From a virus (taxonomy: Duplodnaviria; Caudoviricetes), in the IMG/VR virus record IMGVR_UViG_3300033513_000011, positions 1 through 52,813 of that record: a stretch of DNA of 52,813 bases. One strand, written 5' to 3'. The notes under the pieces are model-generated. The model saw only the letters and a list, made by a program, of their open reading frames with translations, was not told the origin of the DNA and did not search any database. The stretch's first letter is position 1; each line of letters begins with the position of its first letter. Of the stretch, positions 16,724 to 26,629 are shown in pieces. The translations under genes were made by a program, and so were the position numbers.

Positions 16724-18190
16724 ATGTTACCTGGCGATGGAAACGGCAAGGTTTACGTTGGCATTCCCCGCGAGCGGATCTACATGACCCAGTTCGTGGA
16801 CAACCGCGACATGATCCTGGCGCGCCTGCATCACAAGGGCCTCGACTGCGGCTACTGGCAGCAGGAGGGACACCGTGTCGACCGCAACCGGGATATGATC
16901 TGCAAGCAGTTCCTCAAGCATGCCGACAAACCCGAGTGGCTGCTCATGCTCGACTCGGACATGGAGCATCCTGAGGACATTGCTGAGCGCCTGATGCGCT
17001 GGAAGAAGCCCATCGTTGGCGGGTTGTACTTCCACCGTGGGCCAACCCATGACCCATTCTGCTTCCGGGCTGCACCTAATGAGAAAGATGAATGGGGCAG
17101 GGACGGGCGCGTCTGGGCACCGCTACGGGATGAAGTCTACGACTTTCTGATCGGTGCCGGCTTGCCTATGCGGGATGGAGCGGTCGTCGTCAATGGCGTG
17201 GACGATCACGCCCTTCTAGAGTGCGACGCGGTGGCCACGGGCGCTATGCTCCTGCACCGCTCCGTGATCGAAGTTATCCAGCCGCCCTGGTTTGAGTACC
17301 AGACCGGAGGCAACTCAGAAGACCTGACGTTCTGTGCCAGAGCAAAGGAAGAATACGGCTACTCGATCTACTGCGATCTCTCCACGATCAGCGGGCACTT
17401 CCACTGGGTTCCTATGGGGCAAGTCCAGTTCCGCATGAATTACGAAAACCGCGGTATCAACGTCACGGCTTACACCAAGCGCACTGCAGCCAACTGGCTA
17501 GCAAAGTTCTATGGTATACCCTTTGAGCAGGCCGTGAAAGACATCGAGGTCGGCAACGCCCACATGGTTGGCGATCTATGGAAGCAGCGCTTCGATGGTA
17601 AGCAGCCCAGCCCATCCGCTGAGAAGCGCTTCTATAACTCCAGGGAAGTTGGCGAGCTATATATCATGGAGCTCCTGCACTGGAACTTCACCCCGGTTTT
17701 CAACCAGCTGCGCCAGATGCTCACCTACCTGCGCAAGATCAGCGTGATCGAGATCGGTTCCGGCATTGGCTCAGTGGCACTCCAGCTGGCTATCCAGAAC
17801 AACAAGGTTATCGCCGTAGAGACCAATGCGATCCTGCGCCATTTTACTGCCATGCGTTACCAGGAGCTGGTAGAGAATATCGCCACTGCTCTCGGGCCTC
17901 TGGATATACTGGATGAGCGCTGGATGAAACAAGTCCCAGATAACTCTATCCAGGCAGCTGTATCCTTCGATACCTTCGAGCATCTCCCGGAGAAGACGCT
18001 GCGCGAGGTGATGCATCACTTATCCAGGGTGCTTGAGTGGGGTGGCAAGCTGATCTACCACGCCAACTGGTACCAGCAAGATCTGTATCCTATGCACCAT
18101 GACTTTTCAAGTATCTGGGCCGATATCCTCAAGGAAAACGACCTGGTGCCTATATCTACAATGGAAGCTGTGAAAGCGAGGCCGCAATGA
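16724..18190 (+). CDS. GT-A (family 2-like) glycosyltransferase fused to class I SAM methyltransferase
   Basis: N-term VGIP, RNRD, WLLMLDSDM (DxD), ATGAMLLHR, SEDLTFC; C-term VIEIGSGIG, IAVE, SFDTFEHL, GGKLI. Confidence 0.85.
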   Translation: MLPGDGNGKVYVGIPRERIYMTQFVDNRDMILARLHHKGLDCGYWQQEGHRVDRNRDMICKQFLKHADKPEWLLMLDSDMEHPEDIAERLMRWKKPIVGGLYFHRGPTHDPFCFRAAPNEKDEWGRDGRVWAPLRDEVYDFLIGAGLPMRDGAVVVNGVDDHALLECDAVATGAMLLHRSVIEVIQPPWFEYQTGGNSEDLTFCARAKEEYGYSIYCDLSTISGHFHWVPMGQVQFRMNYENRGINVTAYTKRTAANWLAKFYGIPFEQAVKDIEVGNAHMVGDLWKQRFDGKQPSPSAEKRFYNSREVGELYIMELLHWNFTPVFNQLRQMLTYLRKISVIEIGSGIGSVALQLAIQNNKVIAVETNAILRHFTAMRYQELVENIATALGPLDILDERWMKQVPDNSIQAAVSFDTFEHLPEKTLREVMHHLSRVLEWGGKLIYHANWYQQDLYPMHHDFSSIWADILKENDLVPISTMEAVKARPQ

Positions 18191-18582
18191 CCATGAATGA
18201 TCCACGTCCTCCATTTAGGGGATGGATAGCCACCCTTTCGGACGGAAGCACTGCGTTCGAGAAGGCGCCAGTTTCTGGCGAGCCTTCATCCTGGCAGAAG
18301 TTCCTAAGCTTCATCAAGGAACGTGACCTGAAGATCACCATGCTGCGCTTACAGCGTGGCGGGAAGACCATACACGCCCTTCCGCCCAAGGCATGCAGCG
18401 GCTATTACCAGGCATATGAATTTCGGAAGCTGGTCTTCAGGCAAACCGAGGAGACTCGTCAGGGGATCGGCTCTGTAATCAATGGTCAGGTCTTTATTGT
18501 CTGGCTGGACGACAGTGGGAACGTCTGGACGGATGTCCGTCCCTTGGAAGGAGAACGTATCCATACAACCCTGAGGGACTAA
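18187..18582 (+). CDS. hypothetical protein
   Basis: 131 aa, ATGA coupling. Confidence 0.7.
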   Translation: MTMNDPRPPFRGWIATLSDGSTAFEKAPVSGEPSSWQKFLSFIKERDLKITMLRLQRGGKTIHALPPKACSGYYQAYEFRKLVFRQTEETRQGIGSVINGQVFIVWLDDSGNVWTDVRPLEGERIHTTLRD

Positions 18583-18583
18583 T

Positions 18584-18982
18584 ATGAAGCAAACGCAGAG
18601 CAAAGAGTCTAGCCGCCCGTTATCCGAATTGCCGCTTGTTCAGCAGATCGATGTGATTATCGCCAGGAACGGCGCTGTATCACAGGAAGTCAAAGATCTT
18701 CTGATGTTCGGTGTTGTCAAGATGCTGATCATTGCATCTGATGAGATCCGGGATGCGCTCAATGATATGAAGGCATCTAACAAGTCGGCAGAAGAAAGCC
18801 TGAAGCAAATTAACGATAACATGGATAAGCGCGTGGCCACTCTTGAGAGACGCAACATTGTTACCTGGTGCATAGCTCACCCAAAAACGGCGTTCTTGCT
18901 ATTGGGTCTGATTGCACTTTTGCTGCTGACTCACTACGGGTCACTTATCTTCGGCTACCTTGGAGTGAAAGTGCCCTTCTAG
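18584..18982 (+). CDS. coiled-coil protein with C-terminal transmembrane helix
   Basis: Heptad region then AFLLLGLIALLLL; holin/XhlA-like role possible but unproven. Confidence 0.65.
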   Translation: MKQTQSKESSRPLSELPLVQQIDVIIARNGAVSQEVKDLLMFGVVKMLIIASDEIRDALNDMKASNKSAEESLKQINDNMDKRVATLERRNIVTWCIAHPKTAFLLLGLIALLLLTHYGSLIFGYLGVKVPF

Positions 18983-19095
18983 CAGTTACCTTACCAACTT
19001 TATACTGACCTCGCCTGCAGTCAGGGCGTTCTGGTCTTATAACCTCCATGTCGGCTATCCCGTAGTGGGGGTTTTACCTTTGAAAGGAGGCCGAA

Positions 19096-20088
19096 ATGGC
19101 CAGGGTCTGTACAGATGGTGCTGAGCTTAGAGACTTCACTTTTTGGACGGGTCAAAGCGGAAATTACAACCAGATAAGCACGAGCTATTACCGTTCTGGG
19201 TCTGCGAGCTATAGGGTTGGTGGGGATGATGCCTTTTGGAAAGTATTCAACCCACTGTCCGAGGCGTATTTCAGGTTTGGCTATATGGACGAGAAAAATG
19301 GAGCCAATCGCTGGTGGCACCTGTTCTCTAGCACATCAACTCTAATTGCTTACCTCAAACGAAACTCAACCACTGGGCGCCTGGAGGCATACGTCAACGG
19401 TGTCCTGGTTGGAACCAGCACGATAGCTGTATATGCATGGACTTGGTACCTGATCGAGGTTCATTACAAGATGGCCGACGCAGGCGACTTCGAAGTGAAG
19501 ATCGATGGTACCTTGGAGATCGACTATGCTGGCGATACCAAGCCCGGAACGGATACTGCCTTCAACAGGTTTGACTTCACTCACTGGGGTGGCAACTGGG
19601 GCTTTGGAGATGACTTCGCCATGAACGACACCACAGGCGAGGTAGACAATTCCTGGTGTGGAGACGGGAAAGTAATCTTACTCACCCCGAACGGCAATGG
19701 TGATGTTACCCAGCTGGATGGTTCAGATGGCAACCAAACGGATAACTATCTGCTTGTCGATGACATTCCTGATGATGGCGACACTACCTACGTAGAAAGC
19801 GATACTATTGACGAGTATGATCTTTATAACCTATCCCCTTGCGGTCTTACGAACGTTGACATTCAGCGCGTTGAGGTTATAAGCCTTACCCGTGATACTG
19901 TTGCAGCCGGAGGCAAAATTGCCCTAAAGATCAAAACGAATGGTGTTGAGTATGACAGCAGTGATATTAGTCTACTCACCACATTTACGCCGTGCCATGG
20001 CACAGTGCATAGGACTAACCCTCAGTCTGGCTTAGCCTGGTCAGTTGCTGATCTCGATGCCTTGCAAATAGGTCCTAAAGTAAGATAA
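19096..20088 (+). CDS. putative virion protein with concanavalin/LamG-like domain
   Basis: WTWYLIEVHY...FEVKIDG...DDFAMND lectin-like pattern plus acidic C-terminal beta-sandwich; AAAGGAGG RBS. Confidence 0.65.
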   Translation: MARVCTDGAELRDFTFWTGQSGNYNQISTSYYRSGSASYRVGGDDAFWKVFNPLSEAYFRFGYMDEKNGANRWWHLFSSTSTLIAYLKRNSTTGRLEAYVNGVLVGTSTIAVYAWTWYLIEVHYKMADAGDFEVKIDGTLEIDYAGDTKPGTDTAFNRFDFTHWGGNWGFGDDFAMNDTTGEVDNSWCGDGKVILLTPNGNGDVTQLDGSDGNQTDNYLLVDDIPDDGDTTYVESDTIDEYDLYNLSPCGLTNVDIQRVEVISLTRDTVAAGGKIALKIKTNGVEYDSSDISLLTTFTPCHGTVHRTNPQSGLAWSVADLDALQIGPKVR

Positions 20089-20112
20089 CCGCAGCCAGGG
20101 TGGGGGTGTCCC

Positions 20113-20835
20113 ATGCCCGATATATCAACCTCGTCTGCGGCTTATCTGGAAGGTGGTGGGAAGCGTACCACAAACATCGGTGCGCAGGTCGAGTATCGAG
20201 ATACCTTCAATAAACGCCGCACCACTGCTACGTATCTTCAAGTTGAGTATTTCGGAACTCCTCCAGGCAAACGCACTACAGCTATTGTCGTTCAGGTTGA
20301 GTATCGGCAACAGCCTATCTCTAGCCTGCATGCCTACCTGCAAAGCAGCGCCACCAGCAGTATCCAGCACGCCTTCTTGCAGTCACAGCCCCCTCGGCTG
20401 CCTGCTTACCTTGAGGGCACCGGGACTATCCAGTCGCCGACAGCTGATGTAGTCACTGGAAGCTGGCAGAACGAGCAGGGCGGATCTGTCCTCTATACTT
20501 CTATCTTTGAAATTGATCCAAATGACAACACTTATGTAACCAAGCCAACTCTCCAGGTGGGGGATAGCTTCGAAGTAGCGCTCATCGGGGTAGGCGAGGG
20601 CTATGTAGCCACTGATCAGCATACCCTGGAGATCCGCGCCAGGTCGAACGTTGGCATAACCATCACCCTCAAGGTGGAGCTGCTCAGGGGAACACAGGTC
20701 ATTGCCTCGGACACGCGCGTGCTTGCCAGCTCCTTCGAGACCTACGAATACATCCTCTCGCAAGCGGAGATCGATGCCATCATTGATGCCTATGATGACC
20801 TGAGGATACGCTTTACTGTCCTGGAGATAAACTGA
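20113..20835 (+). CDS. AYLxG-repeat virion protein 1
   Basis: Three RTT..QVEY repeats, AYL repeats, C-terminal domain paralogous to that of 25044..26618. Confidence 0.7.
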   Translation: MPDISTSSAAYLEGGGKRTTNIGAQVEYRDTFNKRRTTATYLQVEYFGTPPGKRTTAIVVQVEYRQQPISSLHAYLQSSATSSIQHAFLQSQPPRLPAYLEGTGTIQSPTADVVTGSWQNEQGGSVLYTSIFEIDPNDNTYVTKPTLQVGDSFEVALIGVGEGYVATDQHTLEIRARSNVGITITLKVELLRGTQVIASDTRVLASSFETYEYILSQAEIDAIIDAYDDLRIRFTVLEIN

Positions 20836-21935
20836 TGCCTACCACGTTTATCTCCTCTGCAGCCCTCAGGTCAAAAGGCACTCCTAAGAGACGCCCACGT
20901 GGGATTACCTTTGCTTACCTGAAAGGCTGCCAGGTGCTCTCTGGCTCAAAGGCGGTTTATCTGCGCGGCCAGGATACAGCCACAAAAGGTGTTCTGTCGG
21001 CTTACACCATCGGCTCTGGCGAGTCGTCAGATAGTTCCAACCAAGGCGGGCACCTAGACGGCTACATTGCTGTCCAGGACTCTCAATCCGCCTATATTTC
21101 ATCTGCAAGCACACACGCTAGCAATCTCAAGGCTTACTGTGAGGGGTTCATATCTGGCACGGGCAAGCAGGGAGCCTTCCTTAGCGGTGCCAGCCCACTA
21201 GAGATGTCAACCCGTGCCTCTTTCCTGGCTGGTGGGATAATCTCTGGCCAGACAGCTTTCCTCCATGGGGCGTTACCAGCTGGTACTACTAAAGCAGCTT
21301 ATCTGGAAGGCATCTGGCTGCAACTGTCAGTTCCGGCTTATCTCTACGGAGAAGAACATGCAACTACAGTCCAAGCGGCCTACACCAGAGGATACAGTAC
21401 CACTCAAGAAAACCTACCAGCTTATGCTAGAGGCTCGCTGGAGGGACAAGAGGCTTTACCTGCATATGTTACTGGCCTCGACAGCGCACTATCTCAAGCG
21501 CCAGCTTTCGCAGTTGGAATTGGCACAGCTGGCTCTGTCCAGGTTGCTTACCTTGCGGGACTGGCTAATATCCTGGAAGGTCACTCGAGTTATCTGGCGG
21601 GTGCTCAGGCTACGCTGGATCACATTCCTGGCTATACCCGAGGAGAAGGACAAGCCACAGGATCAGGACCCGCCTATCTAGACGCTTTTTTGCCAGGGAT
21701 CAGCTCGAGCGTTGCCTCATTCACCCACGGCCTGTCTACAAGCCAGGCTGGGACTGGGGCATTTCTCCTGGGTGCGGAGGTATCTACCAGCACCCCTGCT
21801 TATCTGACAGGCATTGTCTTTATGGCAGCTGGCACACTGCCAGCCTATCTAAGTGGGCGCTCTTTCTGGAGCTACCGTTTATTAGGGCAGTATCACTACC
21901 GGTATTCGGTTCAAGGGAGCGTTGGGTATGCCTGA
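20835..21935 (+). CDS. AYLxG-repeat virion protein 2 (almost entirely repeat)
   Basis: Over 20 imperfect ~14-aa S..AYL.G units. Confidence 0.7.
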   Translation: MPTTFISSAALRSKGTPKRRPRGITFAYLKGCQVLSGSKAVYLRGQDTATKGVLSAYTIGSGESSDSSNQGGHLDGYIAVQDSQSAYISSASTHASNLKAYCEGFISGTGKQGAFLSGASPLEMSTRASFLAGGIISGQTAFLHGALPAGTTKAAYLEGIWLQLSVPAYLYGEEHATTVQAAYTRGYSTTQENLPAYARGSLEGQEALPAYVTGLDSALSQAPAFAVGIGTAGSVQVAYLAGLANILEGHSSYLAGAQATLDHIPGYTRGEGQATGSGPAYLDAFLPGISSSVASFTHGLSTSQAGTGAFLLGAEVSTSTPAYLTGIVFMAAGTLPAYLSGRSFWSYRLLGQYHYRYSVQGSVGYA

Positions 21936-24855
21936 CCTCAGCTCTTCACGAACTGCCTACCTTACAGGCTTTGATACGGGTGTCTCAAAGAACTCCGCTT
22001 ACCTTGCGGGTACCAATGTTCGCACCACTAGAGTCTCTACCCAGGTAGAGTATCGATTCACTTACAATAAGCGTCGCACCAGTGCTATATATCTCCAGGT
22101 GGAGTACAGCCCGCTGACTGCCAGCCATGCGACTTCTGGCTACCTGTACGGCGTGGTTGGGGCTAATTCCAACCAGCCTGTTTATCTAGCTGGGCAGGCC
22201 GAGGCTCCAGGTCAACAAAGCGCTTATGCTGAAGGAACACTTCCGCAAGGGTCTTCCAGCACCCCTGTCTTTCTCACCGCACATGACTCATCGAGCTCCG
22301 GTTCTCCTGGCTACCTACAGGGTGTAAGCAGCCTTGCTGCAAGTCAGCTGGCTTATCTGTCTGGCTCTTCTGAGTTAGCTGTCTCCCTGCTTGCCTACCT
22401 CGAGGGTTTTGATGCAGGCGTCTCGGATAATCCTGCTTACCTGGCAGGCGAGGTTGCCGGACAGGCCAGCCTACCCGCATTCCTGTCTGCTGTAGCTACC
22501 CAGTCCGAAAAGCAGAGCAGCTTCCTGGCTGGTGCAACTGGACAGCCGGCTATTGCCTGGGCCGAGCTGGAGACTCCTGCTCCGATCTATTCAGCTTCCG
22601 GAAGTTTGCCCGCTTTTCTGGCAGGCTCAATAGACGGGAACGCAGCTCAGCCTGCTTATCTATTCGGCGTCGTTGCTAAGATCTCCAGCCTGCCAGTCTA
22701 CCTATCCGGTAACGATACTGCCAGTTCCAATCAGCCTGCCTACTGCCGTGGGGGCGAGGCCTCTAGTGCTAGTCTGCCAGCCTACCTAACTGCTAATATC
22801 CTGACAACTGGCGAGCAGCCTGCCTACCTGGAGGGCTATTCTGAAGGCGAGTTTTCCAGCTTGGCAGCTTACCTGCTTGGCTCATCGGATGGCAAGGCAT
22901 CTGTCCCAGCCTTCCTGCAGTCCGGCGTGGTCAAGGCTAGCCAGGGCGCCTTTTTGGCAGGTGGCACAGGCACATTCCCAATACAGGTAGGTGACGCCTG
23001 GTCTCAATACTATGGCTCAGCCCTGCTTACCAACAGTTTTGGGGTCAAGTATGCGGTCACTAAAGCTTCTTCCACCCATACTATCCTGATCTACAGAGAT
23101 ATCAATGGTGCTCCAAAGCTGGTAGCCTCTCAAAGCGCTGCGACTGTTGGCAACAACTCCCAGTGGATCGATGCCCGCATTGATGGCAACGATTGCATCC
23201 ACATCATCAGCCATGGCGGGACGCCAAGTGCAACTCTGGATATTGCCTACCGCGTCTTCGATACGCGCAACGACACCTGGATTGGATCCTGGGAGCAGGC
23301 TGCTACACTCTACGCCGAAATTTTTGATAACTGGTCCATCCGGATAGCCATCGACAGCAATAATAAACCGCATGTGGTCTATGTCGACCCAGTTACGGGC
23401 ACTTACCCCAACATCAAGTACATCGAGAAGACTGGAGCCAATTGGTCTAGTCCGGTCACGTTGAGCGAACACGCCTCGGACAGCTACCGGGTCTGGGGCA
23501 TTACCATGCTGGATGGTGATGACATCGATGTCTTCTGTTTCGATGACACGCTCAATGATGCCCTTTATATACAGAAGGTAGACGGCAACTGGGGATCCGA
23601 AACAGTCTGGGTAGGCTCCTTCATGGAACTCCTATCTGGTGTCTTTCAGGTCGTGGACGGCAACGGTAACATTTATCGCTACCATGCTGCAGACATTGGC
23701 ACCTATGCCTTGCTTTACGAGAACAATGTTAGTACAGGTGTCCAGGTTGCTGATCTTGATCCCTGGTTCTCGGCTTGCATTCTCTCCAGCATGCCAAGTA
23801 TACGCTGCATTGTCTATAGGAATGATAGTGGCGCGATCTGGCTGGCTACTTATGATGGAAGTTGGTCTTCCAGGATTATCAACTCTGCCACGGGAATAGG
23901 TGGCTGGACAGAGTGGGCGTACAACTTCGAGAATGAGCAAAGCCTCGTAGGCTACATCTATACTCTTGCCAGTAAGCTCTACTACGATGAAGTCACCCCA
24001 ATAGTCTATAGCAGCAAACATGCCTATACCGAAGGCTACCAGCCCAAGAGTAGTGTCCATGCTTATCTATCAGGCTGGGCGCACCCTACCTCCAGCGCGC
24101 ATGCTTACATGTTCTGTGGCACTGCAGATAAGTCAAGCACTTCTGCATTTACCAATGGCGCAGCTACCCAGAGCAGCCTGCATGCTTACCTGGAGGGTCT
24201 GGAGTATAGCTCACCACTCCCTGCTTATCTGTATGGTGGTATCGGCAGCGACACTCCAGCATGTCTTCAGGGCATTGTCGTACTTACAGGTGTAGAGTCA
24301 GCCTATACCTCTGGCTGGAGCCATGTCCTGGATAGTGGCCCGGCTTTCCTCTTTGGAAATATCGCACCCTCATCCGGCCAGGCGGCCTTCACTCAGGGGA
24401 TCTCCTCCACGCCGTGGAACTTCCATGCCTTTCTGCAAGGAATTGAAGCTAACCATCTGCCAGCCTACCTGGAAGGCATGGCTGTCCCGCGAGACTATGT
24501 GCGTGTTCGCAATGGAGAACAGGTTTTCCAGTTCAAGGTTCTATCTGAGGGCTTCTCTGACGGGGAGCTACTCCCATCTATTTCCCTGGCTCGCACTATC
24601 CCAGGTGGATTAGACATAAGCGCCGGCGGCAAGTACCGCCAATGGCGCCCCATGCTCCGCTTGGCCTACAACGATATTGCCAACCTGGAGGCCCTGTATG
24701 CATCCGGAGAGATCTGGACTTATGAGGATCACTTTGGCATGGAGCACAACGTCGTGCTTGTGGGAAGCTGGCAGAAGTCCCTTATTAGCACCACAGTCGA
24801 GGGAGGCAACTCCCTGTTCTTTGTCCGCGTCACTTTTGTGGAGGTGCTGACATGA
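21928..24855 (+). CDS. AYLxG-repeat virion protein 3 with beta-propeller-like insert and Dit-like C-terminus
   Basis: Start MPDLSSS; repeats flank a BNR-like segment (IDGNDCIHII, IDSNNKPHVVY); C-terminus paralogous to 44532..45233. Confidence 0.75.
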   Translation: MPDLSSSRTAYLTGFDTGVSKNSAYLAGTNVRTTRVSTQVEYRFTYNKRRTSAIYLQVEYSPLTASHATSGYLYGVVGANSNQPVYLAGQAEAPGQQSAYAEGTLPQGSSSTPVFLTAHDSSSSGSPGYLQGVSSLAASQLAYLSGSSELAVSLLAYLEGFDAGVSDNPAYLAGEVAGQASLPAFLSAVATQSEKQSSFLAGATGQPAIAWAELETPAPIYSASGSLPAFLAGSIDGNAAQPAYLFGVVAKISSLPVYLSGNDTASSNQPAYCRGGEASSASLPAYLTANILTTGEQPAYLEGYSEGEFSSLAAYLLGSSDGKASVPAFLQSGVVKASQGAFLAGGTGTFPIQVGDAWSQYYGSALLTNSFGVKYAVTKASSTHTILIYRDINGAPKLVASQSAATVGNNSQWIDARIDGNDCIHIISHGGTPSATLDIAYRVFDTRNDTWIGSWEQAATLYAEIFDNWSIRIAIDSNNKPHVVYVDPVTGTYPNIKYIEKTGANWSSPVTLSEHASDSYRVWGITMLDGDDIDVFCFDDTLNDALYIQKVDGNWGSETVWVGSFMELLSGVFQVVDGNGNIYRYHAADIGTYALLYENNVSTGVQVADLDPWFSACILSSMPSIRCIVYRNDSGAIWLATYDGSWSSRIINSATGIGGWTEWAYNFENEQSLVGYIYTLASKLYYDEVTPIVYSSKHAYTEGYQPKSSVHAYLSGWAHPTSSAHAYMFCGTADKSSTSAFTNGAATQSSLHAYLEGLEYSSPLPAYLYGGIGSDTPACLQGIVVLTGVESAYTSGWSHVLDSGPAFLFGNIAPSSGQAAFTQGISSTPWNFHAFLQGIEANHLPAYLEGMAVPRDYVRVRNGEQVFQFKVLSEGFSDGELLPSISLARTIPGGLDISAGGKYRQWRPMLRLAYNDIANLEALYASGEIWTYEDHFGMEHNVVLVGSWQKSLISTTVEGGNSLFFVRVTFVEVLT
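24406..24418 (+). repeat. palindrome TCCAC-N3-GTGGA copy 5
   Basis: CCTCCACGCCGTGGAAC. Confidence 0.8.
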
Positions 24856-25040
24856 CCCGTTATCTTTTGTGTAGCCTTATTCAAATTCTAGCCTTTTGCG
24901 CCGTAGCCCTGGGAACAGAGTTCCTGTGGATGTTTGGCAAGATACCTACTACTTGGTACATCGTCTGCCTGACCTGCATCGAGGTGGTCTTTGCCTATTC
25001 CAATGGGCTGGCGATGAAGAAATATTTGAAGGGAGTGTGA
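24852..25040 (+). CDS. small two-TM membrane protein
   Basis: 62 aa, two hydrophobic segments, basic C-terminus, GGAGGTG RBS. Confidence 0.6.
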   Translation: MTRYLLCSLIQILAFCAVALGTEFLWMFGKIPTTWYIVCLTCIEVVFAYSNGLAMKKYLKGV

Positions 25041-25043
25041 CCT

Positions 25044-26618
25044 ATGGCAACTAGATTCTACTTACCGGCTTCAGGCACAGCTCCACTTGGGTCATTAGCC
25101 GTAGATTCCAGCTGGGGCCGCACGGAGAACCTGGAGCGTAGGCCCTGTGATGTGAACAAGGGCAACACATCGCTTACCCAAAAGAGTGCAGCCTGGGCAG
25201 CCACGGCTACCAACGACTGGGTGTGGGTGCAATTCCAGTCCAAGTGCCTAGCGGCGGGCTACAGCTGGACGACTGCCGACACCGTGAGTATGGTCCTCAA
25301 AGTAGCTGAGGCTGCCGCTCAGGTGGACTCGCACCTAGCTTACTGTATCCGCGTGGTAAGTAAAGATGGAACGGTCGTGCGTGGCACGGTTGGTGTTTAT
25401 CAAGCTACAAGCTCTGAGTACCCCACCAGCTTAGCTAACATCGCCACACGCATCCATGACGCGCGCACAGATGGGGCCTCTAACTTCAGCAGCCAGGCTG
25501 GAGACCGCATCATTATCGAGATCGGGCACTGGGGTGTTACACCAACCACCAACACGGTCTACCATAACTACGGTGATCCGAGCGCTACAGAAGACTATGC
25601 CCTGACTGCAGGCTTGACGACTGACCTGTGCCCATGGGTGGAATTGTCCAGGGATGTTAGCTTTGATCTAAGGTCTTCGGCACATGCTTACATGGCGGGT
25701 AATGAAAGTGCCAAGAGCAACGCACCCTCTTATCTAGTCGGTGGCATAGATGCTTCCTCTAGCCAAGATGCTTACTTGGAGGGTGGGGCTGCGGCAACAC
25801 CCGCCTCAAGTAGCACCCCAGCTTATACAGATGGTGACTGGAACCGATCTGGCATACCGGCTTATCTCAATGGCGGACTAGCTAGCCAGCAGATCGCTTA
25901 CCTGGTAGGTGGGCTTACGTCCAGTCTGCCAGCCTTTGCAAGCGGCGGCTTGATCTCATCCTGCCTTGCTTTCCTGCAGGGATCGCTGGACGACAAGTCC
26001 AGCACACCGGCTTACCAAACTGGCTCCGAAGACAGCCTGTCCAGCTTAACAGCTTATGAAGTTGGCGAGGATATTCTGACTGGAGATACTCCAGCTTACC
26101 TAGTAGGCCAGGAGAATGCTTTGGGTAGTTTGTCTGGCTACACGGAGGGCTACTCGGAAGCAGTCCCTGCGGACACCAGCACTCCGGCTTACGCAGATGG
26201 CATGTCCCTCTACGCCCTGCGCCCGGCTGGCGATATCCATATCGGCGGCTTCGAGAACGAGCTGGGCGGCACCCCGCTTTACGCCTCGATCGATGAAGTC
26301 TCCCCGCAATCCACCGACTACATTCTACACAGCTCTCCAATAGTTGGGGATTACTGCGAGGTCTCGCTCTCGGCTCCGACCGGAGATATCCCTGCCAGTA
26401 ACCACGTTATCCGCTGGCAAGCTAGGCGCGCCGGGGGTACACAGACCATCAAGGTGAAATGCGAACTCAGGCAGGGAGCCTCAGTAATCGCCTCGGATGA
26501 ACAGACGCTCACTGACAGCTACCAGACCTTTGAGTACCAGCTAACCCAGGGAGAGATCGACTCAATCAGCGACTATGATGATCTGCGGTTCAGGTTTACA
26601 GTGACGGAGCTGAGCTAG
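25044..26618 (+). CDS. AYLxG-repeat virion protein 4
   Basis: N-terminal beta domain, central repeats, C-terminal domain ending DYDDLRFRFTV paralogous to 20113..20835. Confidence 0.75.
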   Translation: MATRFYLPASGTAPLGSLAVDSSWGRTENLERRPCDVNKGNTSLTQKSAAWAATATNDWVWVQFQSKCLAAGYSWTTADTVSMVLKVAEAAAQVDSHLAYCIRVVSKDGTVVRGTVGVYQATSSEYPTSLANIATRIHDARTDGASNFSSQAGDRIIIEIGHWGVTPTTNTVYHNYGDPSATEDYALTAGLTTDLCPWVELSRDVSFDLRSSAHAYMAGNESAKSNAPSYLVGGIDASSSQDAYLEGGAAATPASSSTPAYTDGDWNRSGIPAYLNGGLASQQIAYLVGGLTSSLPAFASGGLISSCLAFLQGSLDDKSSTPAYQTGSEDSLSSLTAYEVGEDILTGDTPAYLVGQENALGSLSGYTEGYSEAVPADTSTPAYADGMSLYALRPAGDIHIGGFENELGGTPLYASIDEVSPQSTDYILHSSPIVGDYCEVSLSAPTGDIPASNHVIRWQARRAGGTQTIKVKCELRQGASVIASDEQTLTDSYQTFEYQLTQGEIDSISDYDDLRFRFTVTELS

Positions 26619-26629
26619 AAAGGTGAACC

